Shown: piece after piece, positions 50,769-60,543 of the stretch
Layout of the letters: the number at the start of each line of letters is the position of its first letter
How positions within the stretch are numbered: position 1 is the stretch's first letter
IMG/VR virus record: IMGVR_UViG_3300030098_003955
Source: a virus
Length of the DNA stretch: 64,000 bases
Reading direction: 5' to 3' (one strand)
Position numbers and translations under genes: made by a program
The notes under the pieces: model-generated
What the model was told of the DNA's origin: nothing
Databases searched by the model: none
What the model saw: the letters and a program-made list of their open reading frames with translations, nothing else

Positions 50769-51773
50769 TTAGAAGGAACCAAGAAGAACTCGTCTGTTAT
50801 CAAGAACAGCAAATCCAATCTCAGCCCAACCGTAGAAGCCAGCGCGTTGCTGACGATGCAGAGAGGCATCTTCGTAAACTTGAACTTCCTGCTTGATAGG
50901 CATAATAAAGCTATCATTTGCGGAAAGGTCCAAACCTACTACCAACTCAGGGTCAGTACCGTTGAGACTACCACCAAGTTGGTTGCTGTAGAACAGCTGG
51001 TATTCTTGGCCTTCGCCAAGCTCATCAATATCGTGCAGGTTTACACCAAATACACGAGTAAGAGGAGCACCATCATCGCTAGAATTGTAAATCTCGCGAC
51101 GAGTTACTTCATCAACTTGGTCGATACCCCAGTTACGGATATCTTCAATAGCTTCAGGGCTACAGTACAAATCAGTCATGGCACCACGACTAATAGAACC
51201 AGTGTTACCACCAGCATTGCGACGCATAACAGTTTTCAACAGAGAGATAAGTCTCTTTGTAAACTGTCCGTCAGCTGCATCACCATCATAAACCAAGATA
51301 TTTCTATCTACGCCAGCGGCCAACAGTGTGTGCCATCCGTCGTCGTTCATTTTCTTAGTGAAACCAGCTTCCAGAACTTGCATTGCGCGACCTACAACAT
51401 CCCAACGGGCTTCGCGAGCGTAGCGAAGTAGGTAATCAATCGAGGAAGCAACCGTGTAGGTTGGAACCATGACGTAATCACCTTCGACAGCACGTTCAGG
51501 AATTCTTCCGTGGCCGGGATTAGTGTAGGCGACATGCTCACTCTCAGTACCGGGAGAAAGCAAATCTAGTGGAAATTCAGCAGCAGCACCGGGTTCCATT
51601 GGCATCTTTTCAAAGATACCGCCGAGAACGTCACCAACCAAAACACCTTTACGGAGCGGTTGCTCCAAGGCGACGGCTAATTCTCGCTGCGCGTCTAACG
51701 CTTCGACTCTGTCAACGCTACCAGAGCGTTTCACAAGGTCGATAAACTTATCATCAGGGCGAGTCATACTCAT
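50769..51773 (-). CDS. Major capsid protein (HK97 fold)
   Basis: 334 aa following protease and decoration genes, with a strong SD (AAGGAG) and a downstream terminator; C-terminal GFYGWAEIGFAVLD is typical of HK97-fold capsids. Confidence 0.88.
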   Translation of the reverse strand: MSMTRPDDKFIDLVKRSGSVDRVEALDAQRELAVALEQPLRKGVLVGDVLGGIFEKMPMEPGAAAEFPLDLLSPGTESEHVAYTNPGHGRIPERAVEGDYVMVPTYTVASSIDYLLRYAREARWDVVGRAMQVLEAGFTKKMNDDGWHTLLAAGVDRNILVYDGDAADGQFTKRLISLLKTVMRRNAGGNTGSISRGAMTDLYCSPEAIEDIRNWGIDQVDEVTRREIYNSSDDGAPLTRVFGVNLHDIDELGEGQEYQLFYSNQLGGSLNGTDPELVVGLDLSANDSFIMPIKQEVQVYEDASLHRQQRAGFYGWAEIGFAVLDNRRVLLGSF

Positions 51774-51802
51774 TATAGTTATCTCCTTATAGGAATCTAA
51801 AA

Positions 51803-52303
51803 TTAACCGTGGTTAGGCAGATTGATTTCGATTTTTGCATAACCGTCTTCATCTACCGTTGACATAAACCGACCAACAGCCAACGCCTCATCGTCGCCAG
51901 CAGCATGGCTGTAGGTATTACTGAAGTATCCAGCAGTACCTGAACTTGCATAAGCTACTTGACCAGCGGTAGGTGAGCTACCATGAGTAGATGTGTCAAT
52001 CATATTAGTAACAATCGTGCCCTTCTTAAGAATTGCAACTTTGTTACCCTTTTGAACTTCATCTTTGTGCCAGTTAATGTGTTGACGAGTGAGGTCAATA
52101 TTAACGACATCATTTAGAAGAACGCCAACTGGAATGCTAGCTCCGGTCACGGTAGCATATTTAACTTTAGCTTGTGACTGGTCCATAGCAGCTCCAGAAC
52201 CAACAGTGTCGAGGATTACGACACCACCACGAGTAGCTGTACCTTCGTCATAGAAGAAGGAGATATCTACATCGAGTTCATTTCTATCAGCTTTTAAAGC
52301 CAT
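51803..52303 (-). CDS. Capsid decoration/cement protein
   Basis: 166 aa between scaffold and capsid; PVGVLLNDV...G.VAY...G...AVGRF beta-tulip-like pattern. Confidence 0.7.
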   Translation of the reverse strand: MALKADRNELDVDISFFYDEGTATRGGVVILDTVGSGAAMDQSQAKVKYATVTGASIPVGVLLNDVVNIDLTRQHINWHKDEVQKGNKVAILKKGTIVTNMIDTSTHGSSPTAGQVAYASSGTAGYFSNTYSHAAGDDEALAVGRFMSTVDEDGYAKIEINLPNHG

Positions 52304-52332
52304 TTCAATTACTCCTTAGTTATTGGAAACAA

Positions 52333-53073
52333 TTACTTAATGTTGGAAGTTGAGCGAAGAACGTTTTCTTCTAACCATTCACTAGCGACAGATTTCATTT
52401 CTTCAACGACATCATCACCAGCATCTGCAAGAGTAGCTTCTGCTTCTTCCTCGAAGTCTTCAAGGACTTCTTCACCGGCTTCAGCTTCATCTACTTCTTC
52501 TTCAGCAACTTCTTCTTCGTCTTCACCAGCTTTAACAGGCTTTAATTTAGCCTTTTCTTCTGGTTTGGACTTAGCTTTCATCTCGTCTTCTTCTTCTTCC
52601 TTCTCGTCAACCTTGCCTTTAGGCATTGTTGGCGGAGCAGGTTTAGCTTCGGATCGGAAAGCTAGGATTTGCTCAAACATTTCATCTGATGCTTCTTCAA
52701 AAGTAGCCAAAGTTTCTTCGACTTCTTCTTCAGATACACCGACTTCAATAAGAGCGGCTTTACGAGCAGCTAACTTAGCTTCTGCCTTCTGTGCTTCCAC
52801 AGCAGCAACAGCTTCGTCGAGCTTCTCTTGGGTTTCCGCTAAAGTTGTTTCCAACTCTTGCACCTTAGCTTCAGTTTCTTGAACCTTAGCTTCGGCTTCA
52901 GTAATTGCTTCTTCTTTTTCGGCAATAGTTGCTTCAAAAGCTTCTACTTTAGCACGAATTTCTTCGTCTTTCTGTTTAGAAACCTCATCTCTTAGAGCAG
53001 CTTCATTAGCTTTAGCCTCAGATAGCTGTGACTTAAGCTCCTCGATCTGAGCTTCAAATACATTTTCAGACAT
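52333..53073 (-). CDS. Probable nested in-frame scaffolding protein (246 aa)
   Basis: Internal ATG at 53073 (MSENVFEAQIEELK) with GGAG 9 nt upstream, exactly at the protease/coiled-coil boundary. Confidence 0.6.
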   Translation of the reverse strand: MSENVFEAQIEELKSQLSEAKANEAALRDEVSKQKDEEIRAKVEAFEATIAEKEEAITEAEAKVQETEAKVQELETTLAETQEKLDEAVAAVEAQKAEAKLAARKAALIEVGVSEEEVEETLATFEEASDEMFEQILAFRSEAKPAPPTMPKGKVDEKEEEEDEMKAKSKPEEKAKLKPVKAGEDEEEVAEEEVDEAEAGEEVLEDFEEEAEATLADAGDDVVEEMKSVASEWLEENVLRSTSNIK

Positions 53074-53892
53074 ATTATTAGTCTCCGTAAAATATACAGT
53101 AGCTTGAACTTTTTCAGTGGACAGAAAAGGTTTTGTATTTAGAATAACACTGCGAGGGTTAGCAGGCTTTCTTACAAGACCCTTTCCAGAAAAAGAAATA
53201 TTCCTTAACATTCTTCCTAATTTGTGTCCTTTATATTCTCCAGTTCCTCCATACGCTCTAAGATGTTTAGTTAAAAAAGCGGATTCTTCATCTCTTGCAA
53301 TAACTTTGTTGAAGCCGGGATCGTCTTCACGAGACACGGCATAATCAAAGTCATTAAACAAGCATTCCATGGAAACAAACCATTCTCCTGCCTCGATCTC
53401 AGAAATGATTTCGTTAATGCGTTCTCTAGTTTCTGGATCTGTCCAGCTTTTATAGATAACAGCACTTGTTACGATATCAAAGTCCTCTTCTGGATACATC
53501 TCTTCTAAAGTAAGGTCTTTGCCTTGCTTGTCGATTACGGTGCTTCCAGTAATGTGCCCAATGATTTCTTTTTCATTGTGCATAAGATTGAAGGGCTTGT
53601 CTTCAGGTGTATTTCTAGCTGCCCAAGTTTGTTCTTTTTCAAAGACGTCGTCGTTTCTATTCCAACCTGTAGAAACGAGGACTGAATTAATATAATAAAG
53701 ATCAATCTGATCTTGATTGCTTTCAGCCTGTGCGAATAACTCGCTAGCCTTGACAATTTTCTTAGCATTATCAAGGTCTATTTGGTTTGGCTCAATGCCA
53801 TTAAGCTGGGAAAGAAAAGCTATGCTAGCGGAGGCTTTTACTTGCTCGGCGATCCCTGCTTCAATTTCATCTTTATAAATAGGTATATTCAT
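52333..53892 (-). CDS. Prohead protease fused to a coiled-coil scaffold
   Basis: WNRNDDVF, PFNLMH (His), IIGHI, VSMEC (Ser) and G.GLV..PA protease motifs, followed by an acidic coiled coil. Confidence 0.85.
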   Translation of the reverse strand: MNIPIYKDEIEAGIAEQVKASASIAFLSQLNGIEPNQIDLDNAKKIVKASELFAQAESNQDQIDLYYINSVLVSTGWNRNDDVFEKEQTWAARNTPEDKPFNLMHNEKEIIGHITGSTVIDKQGKDLTLEEMYPEEDFDIVTSAVIYKSWTDPETRERINEIISEIEAGEWFVSMECLFNDFDYAVSREDDPGFNKVIARDEESAFLTKHLRAYGGTGEYKGHKLGRMLRNISFSGKGLVRKPANPRSVILNTKPFLSTEKVQATVYFTETNNMSENVFEAQIEELKSQLSEAKANEAALRDEVSKQKDEEIRAKVEAFEATIAEKEEAITEAEAKVQETEAKVQELETTLAETQEKLDEAVAAVEAQKAEAKLAARKAALIEVGVSEEEVEETLATFEEASDEMFEQILAFRSEAKPAPPTMPKGKVDEKEEEEDEMKAKSKPEEKAKLKPVKAGEDEEEVAEEEVDEAEAGEEVLEDFEEEAEATLADAGDDVVEEMKSVASEWLEENVLRSTSNIK

Positions 53893-53908
53893 CGTATCAC
53901 CTCATTTT

Positions 53909-53917
53909 AGTATACAC
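53909..53917 (-). promoter_or_regulatory. Putative late promoter GTGTATACT
   Basis: Variant of the six-copy motif upstream of the protease gene. Confidence 0.55.
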
Positions 53918-53949
53918 TTCTTTTTTTTAATCGTGCTTAAAATGAGGGT

Positions 53950-56160
53950 TTAGTTTTTAGTAGCCACGTATGCAGAAACTCTAATGCTCCTAAATTCATC
54001 AATGGTTGGCTGTCTAGAATTGGATTCGACAAAGCCATCCACCAAAGAAGCTAAGGTTGAATTATAACTATTCATGTCTGGTTTTGAAAACTTAAGTGCG
54101 TGATTGACGGTCTCTGCGGTAACATCTTGCCCGCTATCCATCGCACAAAGAACATTGAACTTCAAGTTCTCTAAGTCTTTAACTTCTTTCTTTGTAAGAC
54201 TTCTTAAGTTCTTTTTGTCTAATGATGCAAGGACTGCTGGGTTAATTATCTCAGATATCTTCTTCTGAGCTTCCGAAGCCCAAACTAAGTCATTGACAGA
54301 TATATAGTCCACAGAATTTATATCAGACCTTTTATCATTACTAGATGTTGGAGGTCCAGAACGAGGATTAACAATCTTCTGTTTTCTTTTCTGCTTATCT
54401 TTAGCATTTTTAGGACGACCATCTTCAGGCCTTCCCACAGGATCAAACTCTTTTTCTTGCTGTTGCTTCTCTTGTGGCTGACCTTCTTTCTCGGTATCAA
54501 CCTCTACTTCCTCGTCCTTCGGCGGAAGTCCGATGCTTTCTAAATATTCTTCGTTGTCAAGAATGTCCTTATTAATAGAAAGCTTTGCCACATCTTCTTT
54601 GTGTTGAGGGTTGTGGTACGGACTTGCCTTGGGAGGAGTAAGTGAATCTCCATCTCTGTCTTTTACTTCTCTTCTTATTCTTATTTTTTCGATTGAAGGA
54701 ATCTCTCCAAATCTTTCGAGCAATGTTTCGCCGCTAATAATGTCTCTATCAGCGAGTTGAATTAGGAGATTTTTTTCTGCCGACTCATCAGAAAGTATCA
54801 TTTGGTCAAAATGAATTTGCGGAGGAAGTCTAAAGCCCATGGCTTTTCGTATGACTTCAAGCTCTTCATTCATCCAATTAATAAGAGCTGATCTTCCGTA
54901 CTCTAATCTTTCTACAAGAGTTTTCAAACTAATAAAGTTGTTAGTGAAGCCTCCACCATTGCTAGCGAGGCCAGTAAGAGTAGGAGGTATGCCAAGACCG
55001 GCATAAATATTGGTAAGGACTGGTTCGTACTTTTCTTTTCCTAAGAATCTATATACTTGAGTACTTGACTCTGTAAAACTTAGTTCAGGACCCCATACCA
55101 AATCCATAGTACCGCCACCAACATTACTAGCTAAAATATTTCTTAGCTTATTGATCGCATTTTTTGTAGGCAAGATTTTGTTATCTATATCGCCAAGGCT
55201 CCAAAGCCGAACATTAGATATAGCGCCATCTAGAGCAGCGACATCAGCTAGCTTCATTTTTTCTAGCATGATGATGTCATCTAAGATTGAGTAAATCATT
55301 GGATTCGCCCAAACCAACCAGTCATCCTTTTTATAATAATGAACAGAGACTTTTTCAGGATCTAAAGGTACTGTGTTGTCGCCGTTGTTTATGGCCTTTA
55401 ATATATCTGGCGGCAACTGAGAAACTAAGCTAGTAGAGTATCTTCGATTTTGTGTCATCTTCGTAATTGATTTTGATATCTTCAATACGAGACGAGGCTC
55501 TCCTACAAATCTAGCTAGCTGTCCGCCTTCTACTTCTATAGATAGAGGGTTTAGAAAGTCATATCCCCAAGGTATCTCTCTTTGGTTTACTTTTCTTCTA
55601 CGGATTTTTGTATCTACCTGTCCGGCAGATTTCATTAGGTCTTGCTCTGCTTGTTTGCTTAATTTAGCAGTTCTTCTTTTTACTACTACATTTCCGGTTC
55701 TGTAAAAAAGGTTTAGAAATCTTTCAGCTCTTTCTTTACCGTTTATTTTTGAGAACCATTTGTTGTAAAACTTCTCTATTCTTTTATTTGGGTGGACAAT
55801 AGAAATGCCCTGACAAGCAAAGTCAGACATAAGGTCAACAACATTTCTGATGATACCAACCTTGTCATAAGCAGCCATGCACATACGAATTGCATTCTTC
55901 TGCTCTTTTGGTACAGTTTCCGTAGGGCGAAATCTGTTGTAATCACTACGGTCAAAGCCAACCCTTACAGATCTGTTTGGCTCAATATCAATAAAAGAAC
56001 GACGACCAGATACACCGCTATAAGCAACTGCTTTTTGCACACCATCATAATGGTCTACATTGTCATAGGTCTGATCGAGGGCATCTTGCATACCCTGCTC
56101 GTCTGTCCAAGTAACGAAGCCGTTTGCTTTTTGTTGTTCTGGGATGTTGTCTTCTGGCAT
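53950..56160 (-). CDS. Portal protein
   Basis: Between terminase and protease; IIRNVVDLMSDF, IYAGLGIP and IISGETL portal-like helices plus a charged tail with GRP. Confidence 0.88.
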   Translation of the reverse strand: MPEDNIPEQQKANGFVTWTDEQGMQDALDQTYDNVDHYDGVQKAVAYSGVSGRRSFIDIEPNRSVRVGFDRSDYNRFRPTETVPKEQKNAIRMCMAAYDKVGIIRNVVDLMSDFACQGISIVHPNKRIEKFYNKWFSKINGKERAERFLNLFYRTGNVVVKRRTAKLSKQAEQDLMKSAGQVDTKIRRRKVNQREIPWGYDFLNPLSIEVEGGQLARFVGEPRLVLKISKSITKMTQNRRYSTSLVSQLPPDILKAINNGDNTVPLDPEKVSVHYYKKDDWLVWANPMIYSILDDIIMLEKMKLADVAALDGAISNVRLWSLGDIDNKILPTKNAINKLRNILASNVGGGTMDLVWGPELSFTESSTQVYRFLGKEKYEPVLTNIYAGLGIPPTLTGLASNGGGFTNNFISLKTLVERLEYGRSALINWMNEELEVIRKAMGFRLPPQIHFDQMILSDESAEKNLLIQLADRDIISGETLLERFGEIPSIEKIRIRREVKDRDGDSLTPPKASPYHNPQHKEDVAKLSINKDILDNEEYLESIGLPPKDEEVEVDTEKEGQPQEKQQQEKEFDPVGRPEDGRPKNAKDKQKRKQKIVNPRSGPPTSSNDKRSDINSVDYISVNDLVWASEAQKKISEIINPAVLASLDKKNLRSLTKKEVKDLENLKFNVLCAMDSGQDVTAETVNHALKFSKPDMNSYNSTLASLVDGFVESNSRQPTIDEFRSIRVSAYVATKN

Positions 56161-56211
56161 TTTAGCCCCAATCAGATTGCAATTTGAATGATGTATAAAT
56201 TAATCTAATTG

Positions 56212-56220
56212 ATTATACAC
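56212..56220 (-). promoter_or_regulatory. Putative late promoter GTGTATAAT
   Basis: Intergenic, upstream of the portal gene. Confidence 0.65.
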
Positions 56221-56224
56221 CAAA

Positions 56225-58195
56225 TTAATAAACATCTTTCATTCCTTCGGTAAACCAAGCAGGACCCATATATTCAGGACCCGAATCCGACTTACTTTCT
56301 GTGTTGGCAAATCCGCCATATGTCTCATAATTTACTGGAGCTGGAGCCCTTTGTTTACTCCTAGCGGCCATGTTTGCCATTATTAAAGATGAATAACGGT
56401 CTTTACGAATTCTATTTTTTCTACCGCCCGGAAGTTTGACTTCAGGAGTGTCCCATCTTTCACGACCAGAGTTTGTCTGCGTGACTACTATCATGGAAAG
56501 CTCATTCTTCAACTCTTCTATTTCCATCACGCAATCTTCTAGAGTATCGTATTTTCTTCCTCTCAGTTTATCGTCAGAGATTGCTAGACCTATGGTCGCC
56601 GCGTCAAAATATGGGAATAGCAAAGCTTTGTCTTCAAAGTCTTTCCTAAGTCCATGATTAGCTTCTGCGAGCCAATCATACTTTGCAAATTGGCACATTT
56701 CTAGGATATGCGATCCGGGATTTCCGTCTGTGTCTTTTTCTTTTCCTTCTTCGATAATCGGCCAGATAGCTACTTCGTTTTCTCTAATCTTGTCTTTGTC
56801 ATGAAGTGCTTCCATTACAGCGATACCTCCACCCTGAGCATCCATAGCTATATGCTCACAAGGAAAGGTTCTCATAAGATCTCTAATTTTTCTAGCGCAG
56901 TATGAATAGAAATCATCCTCGTCTGCTAGTTTTGCTTTTAGCTCTTCTTTATGCTGCTGCCTATTTGTTGTCCAGCAATACACAACTCTTCTGTGGTCTT
57001 CGTGAACCTCTAAAACCACAATGCTAAAGTTGTCAACTTCGGAAGCTGGGTCAACACCATATATATACTTAGCTTGAGGATTGCCTCGTATCATTGGCTG
57101 AAAGTTGACCTGACCACTTCTTAAATCTATGGCATTATTTGGAGATACTACACAGCTTTCTATCAAAGACCTTTTGAAAAATCCCTGACTGTCTGTAGTA
57201 AAGCAAGCTCCGTATTCCATCTGGTAAATACCAGAGTGAACTGTTGCCTTAGATCTTGCCACTTGCCCAGCGTCCATAAATCCATGAGGTAACAATTCAA
57301 AAGGAATTCTGATTACACTATAGTCTTTCCAGTTAAAGTCAGAAGGTACTTCGCCCTTAAATACTTCTCTAAGTTTCTTTTCTTCGCCCTTACTCTCAAT
57401 TATGCTTTTATATCTTTTCCAGTAATCGGCAAAATGATTAAAGTCATAAAAGGCAGTACCAGACAATATGATTTGGTTTGTCTTAGTAGTCTTCTTTTCT
57501 TCTACAGCAAACTCAGTACCAAGCTCTATGGCTTTCTTCTTTGCGGCTTCTAGCTTTACATTTTCTACAGGAGACGCGCTAACAGCAGCAAAACCAGCAA
57601 CAACATTTTCAAATATGTCACGAGGTATAGATGCAAACTCGTCGGCAATAATATCGTTGGCTCTTTGACCACGAATTTTACTACCATCGCCAAGCGGCAA
57701 ACATGTGATTGTGCTTTCGCCTATTGTAAGACGACACATATCTACCTGACTTCTTGGGCCTCCTGTCGTTCCAACTATGTCTCTGAGTAGAGCGGCGTTC
57801 CTCCACATCGTACTCATATATTCAAAGAGAACTTTAGATTGTCTAAAGGCAGCACCAACAACAACTATTCTTCTACCCGGCATTAGCAATGCGCGAAGTA
57901 TTGAGTAGAGAGAAAGTATAAAAGATTTGCCAAAACCACGAGAGGCTATTAACATAGGAAACTTCCGATTCCACATTTCCTCAAGCATTAATGCCTGTAG
58001 TGGAAGTATCTCTATATTTAAGAGCTCCTTGGCTACAAAAGAGAAATACTCTGGTTGAGACATAAGCCAAGTTAGTTTTGTCTCGAACGGAACATCTGCG
58101 TCTATAGAAAAAGGATTGATTAGCTTTGCCTCATCAACGTCGATGTTCAACCAAGCTTCTTCGATTACTTCTTCAATTCTTTTAGTTTGATCCAC
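56225..58195 (-). CDS. terL: Terminase large subunit
   Basis: Walker A ASRGFGKS, IRGQRA, Walker B IIADE, RNase H-like YGVDPA and KDRYS. The likely start is GTG 58195 with a GGAG SD (track gives 58222). Confidence 0.95.
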   Translation of the reverse strand: MDQTKRIEEVIEEAWLNIDVDEAKLINPFSIDADVPFETKLTWLMSQPEYFSFVAKELLNIEILPLQALMLEEMWNRKFPMLIASRGFGKSFILSLYSILRALLMPGRRIVVVGAAFRQSKVLFEYMSTMWRNAALLRDIVGTTGGPRSQVDMCRLTIGESTITCLPLGDGSKIRGQRANDIIADEFASIPRDIFENVVAGFAAVSASPVENVKLEAAKKKAIELGTEFAVEEKKTTKTNQIILSGTAFYDFNHFADYWKRYKSIIESKGEEKKLREVFKGEVPSDFNWKDYSVIRIPFELLPHGFMDAGQVARSKATVHSGIYQMEYGACFTTDSQGFFKRSLIESCVVSPNNAIDLRSGQVNFQPMIRGNPQAKYIYGVDPASEVDNFSIVVLEVHEDHRRVVYCWTTNRQQHKEELKAKLADEDDFYSYCARKIRDLMRTFPCEHIAMDAQGGGIAVMEALHDKDKIRENEVAIWPIIEEGKEKDTDGNPGSHILEMCQFAKYDWLAEANHGLRKDFEDKALLFPYFDAATIGLAISDDKLRGRKYDTLEDCVMEIEELKNELSMIVVTQTNSGRERWDTPEVKLPGGRKNRIRKDRYSSLIMANMAARSKQRAPAPVNYETYGGFANTESKSDSGPEYMGPAWFTEGMKDVY

Positions 58196-58667
58196 GTAAT
58201 AGCATCTCCGAAACTTCGTCAAATACCCTTATCGCTCTTTCCTCTGCGGCAAGTCTATCCCCACAAAATATGGTAGGGATGTCGTATAGATCTTGGTATT
58301 CGTATAACTTCTTAAGCATGAACTTTCCATTCATGCGTGTGAACTGCCACTGTTTCTTAGGTATGCCAGAATTCTCAGGAAACTTCATTAAATCCTCAAT
58401 TGAGAACTCGCATATGATGTACTTAAATCTAAACTTAGATAATCTCTTCATCTCGGCCTCAAAAGCTTTTCTTTTTTTGCCAAGATTTAAGTTTAGTTCT
58501 CCGGTACTAGCTTTTCTTTCTATCGCTAGATATTTTTCTAAACCTCTAGCGGTGTAGTCACCTGTACATAAAGTTCTTGTTTTTAGTTCTTTGCATTTCT
58601 CGTAAGAAGCAAAGGTCCAGCCGTTCTTTTCTCTGGAGTCTTGTATGATGGTATAAGACCCGCTCAT
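58182..58667 (-). CDS. ERCC4/XPF-family nuclease
   Basis: IIQDSRE, GDY and IERKAS..EL match the ERCC4 GDxnERKx3(D/E) signature. Confidence 0.85.
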   Translation of the reverse strand: MSGSYTIIQDSREKNGWTFASYEKCKELKTRTLCTGDYTARGLEKYLAIERKASTGELNLNLGKKRKAFEAEMKRLSKFRFKYIICEFSIEDLMKFPENSGIPKKQWQFTRMNGKFMLKKLYEYQDLYDIPTIFCGDRLAAEERAIRVFDEVSEMLLRGSN

Positions 58668-58939
58668 TTCTTATTTCTTACAATCTCACTAAATATTTGT
58701 TCGTAGTGGTTTTCATGCCCTGTCACTCTTTCATGACAATGACGACAAAGGGTTATGCCGTTATCTACATCGTAACGTAGATAACTAGCATTTGCCCAAG
58801 TCTTTATATGGTGAGCCTGTATTTGTCTAGTAGACCCGCATTTACCATTAGCTGTCGGCATCTGGCATTTGAACCGATCTCTCCGGTAGATTTCTTGTCT
58901 CCACCGTTTGTAAACGGGGTCCTGATAGTTCCTCTTCAT
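58664..58939 (-). CDS. HNH endonuclease
   Basis: RDRFKCQ...CG...AHHIK...NGITLCRHCH. Confidence 0.9.
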   Translation of the reverse strand: MKRNYQDPVYKRWRQEIYRRDRFKCQMPTANGKCGSTRQIQAHHIKTWANASYLRYDVDNGITLCRHCHERVTGHENHYEQIFSEIVRNKK

Positions 58940-59177
58940 CTGAGGCTGTGTTCCTTTGCATTACTTGTTTAAGTAACTCTTGTTGAAAAGAAAAGAAAGT
59001 TTGGAAGAACTGAGAAGAATATGTTCTCCATCTCATGTCTTCAGCAATTTGCTCTTCTATACGCTTGGCGATTTTGTCTTGGTTAGACTCAATCACTGTA
59101 ATTTTCTTATGGGTATAATAAATAAATGTGCTTAATGCGATGATATTTAGGACACCGAATAAAAGTATTTTCTTCAT
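58848..59177 (-). CDS. Small protein with an N-terminal hydrophobic anchor
   Basis: MKKILLFGVLNIIALSTFIYY followed by a coiled coil; its tail overlaps the HNH gene. Confidence 0.55.
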   Translation of the reverse strand: MKKILLFGVLNIIALSTFIYYTHKKITVIESNQDKIAKRIEEQIAEDMRWRTYSSQFFQTFFSFQQELLKQVMQRNTASDEEELSGPRLQTVETRNLPERSVQMPDADS

Positions 59178-59222
59178 TTTGGTTTCTCATATGTAAGCCT
59201 TTTATGTGTCCTGCCTTGTTTA

Positions 59223-59501
59223 TCAAGATTTTTTAATTTTTATCACCTTCACTCTCTGCATGAATTTATTGTATAGGTCGTCATTAGAACGTAAGTTTTC
59301 AACCACCTTTTCCGGCGCGCTCACAAATGCTTCTTTAGTCAATTCAAACCATAGTTTAGTTATAACTAGATAACAAACTTCATCAGGGTCATTAGCCTGA
59401 ACTTCAAAAGATCTAAATTTAGATTTTTTGCATGGTATCCCATGCCTCCTAGCTAGGTGAACTACCTTGGAGACATCCACCACGACTTCGTATGATGTCA
59501 T
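59223..59501 (-). CDS. Hypothetical protein
   Basis: 92-aa ORF overlapping the gmd end, in operon orientation. Confidence 0.55.
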   Translation of the reverse strand: MTSYEVVVDVSKVVHLARRHGIPCKKSKFRSFEVQANDPDEVCYLVITKLWFELTKEAFVSAPEKVVENLRSNDDLYNKFMQRVKVIKIKKS

Positions 59502-60543
59502 GTTCGACCATTCTGCTTACTAGTTCTTCAAACGAAATGCTTGGCATCCAGCCAAGCTGCGTCTTCGCCTTATTTGCACTTCCTCGCAAATAAGGAACCT
59601 CCGAAGGGCGAAACAGATCCGAGTCTATGCGTATAAATTTCTGATGCTGATCCAAGCCAATGCAACTAAATGCTTCTTTAAGAAAATCAGTGATCTCATG
59701 CGTTGCGCCTGTGGCGATAACAAAATCATCTGGTTCTTCATGCTGTAGCATAAGCCACATGGCCCGTACATAATCTTCCGCATGTCCCCAATCCCTTTTT
59801 GCCTTGAGATTCCCCAGCTTTAACTTAGGAAACTCCTCACGATTACTATGGATATAGTTTTCGTCTTCAAGATCCAAACCAAAATGCGCGCGACTTGGAT
59901 CTAGTCCTTGTTTTTCACACCACCAAACAAAATCGCCAATCCACCTTGTTATTTTACGAGAGACGAAATGCTCGCCTCTTCTTTCTGACTCATGGTTAAA
60001 AAGAATGCCACCACAGGCAAATAAACCATAAGACTGGCGGTAAAGGGCAACTGAATGGTGAGCAGACAACTTAGCAATAGCGTATGGAGACTGCGGGTTA
60101 AATCTTGTCTCTTCGTCTTGCCGGTTGAATGCATTATATGAATCTCCAAACATTTCAGAAGAAGAAGCCTGATAAAACTTAGGCCTGTCTGCTTCTGGCA
60201 TGTTCCTAATAACTTCCAATATATTCATGCAGCCATTCGCCGTTACATCCCATGTCAACTGAGGTTGCTCAAAGGAAGTCCAAACTTGTGACTGTGCTGC
60301 AAGATTATACACTTCTTGGGGCTTATACTTGTTCAAAAGCCTATAGATGCTGCCGGAATCAGTTACATCACCACGCTCCAATATGAGGCTTTGGTTGTAC
60401 AATAGTAAGTGATTCAGTCGGGTTGTGTTATCAAATGAGGTTCTACGAGAGACAGCTATAACCTTATAGTCTTTCTCTAATAGGAATTCACATAAGTAGG
60501 AACCGTCTTGTCCTGTGGCTCCATATATGAGAGCGGTTTTCAT
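59449..60543 (-). CDS. gmd: GDP-mannose 4,6-dehydratase
   Basis: GATGQDGSYL, YNLAAQS, QASSSEMFG, SPYAIAK, GILFNHES.RRG..FVSRKI and LGNL.AKRDWGHA.DYV.AMWLMLQ. Confidence 0.97.
   Translation of the reverse strand: MKTALIYGATGQDGSYLCEFLLEKDYKVIAVSRRTSFDNTTRLNHLLLYNQSLILERGDVTDSGSIYRLLNKYKPQEVYNLAAQSQVWTSFEQPQLTWDVTANGCMNILEVIRNMPEADRPKFYQASSSEMFGDSYNAFNRQDEETRFNPQSPYAIAKLSAHHSVALYRQSYGLFACGGILFNHESERRGEHFVSRKITRWIGDFVWWCEKQGLDPSRAHFGLDLEDENYIHSNREEFPKLKLGNLKAKRDWGHAEDYVRAMWLMLQHEEPDDFVIATGATHEITDFLKEAFSCIGLDQHQKFIRIDSDLFRPSEVPYLRGSANKAKTQLGWMPSISFEELVSRMVEHDIIRSRGGCLQGSSPS

Noticed and set aside
50699-50917. 72-aa minus-strand ORF overlapping the capsid 3' end
   Set aside because: Out-of-frame overlap that runs through the terminator and promoter.
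56225-58222. Intein or intron in terminase, portal or capsid genes
   Set aside because: Lengths and motif spacing are continuous; no splice-junction or LAGLIDADG motifs were seen.
543-58557. Numerous 60-190 aa plus-strand ORFs (e.g. 5987..6532, 41772..42305, 50847..51431, 52340..52882)
   Set aside because: They are antisense shadows of long minus-strand genes, with no recognisable motifs and no operon logic.
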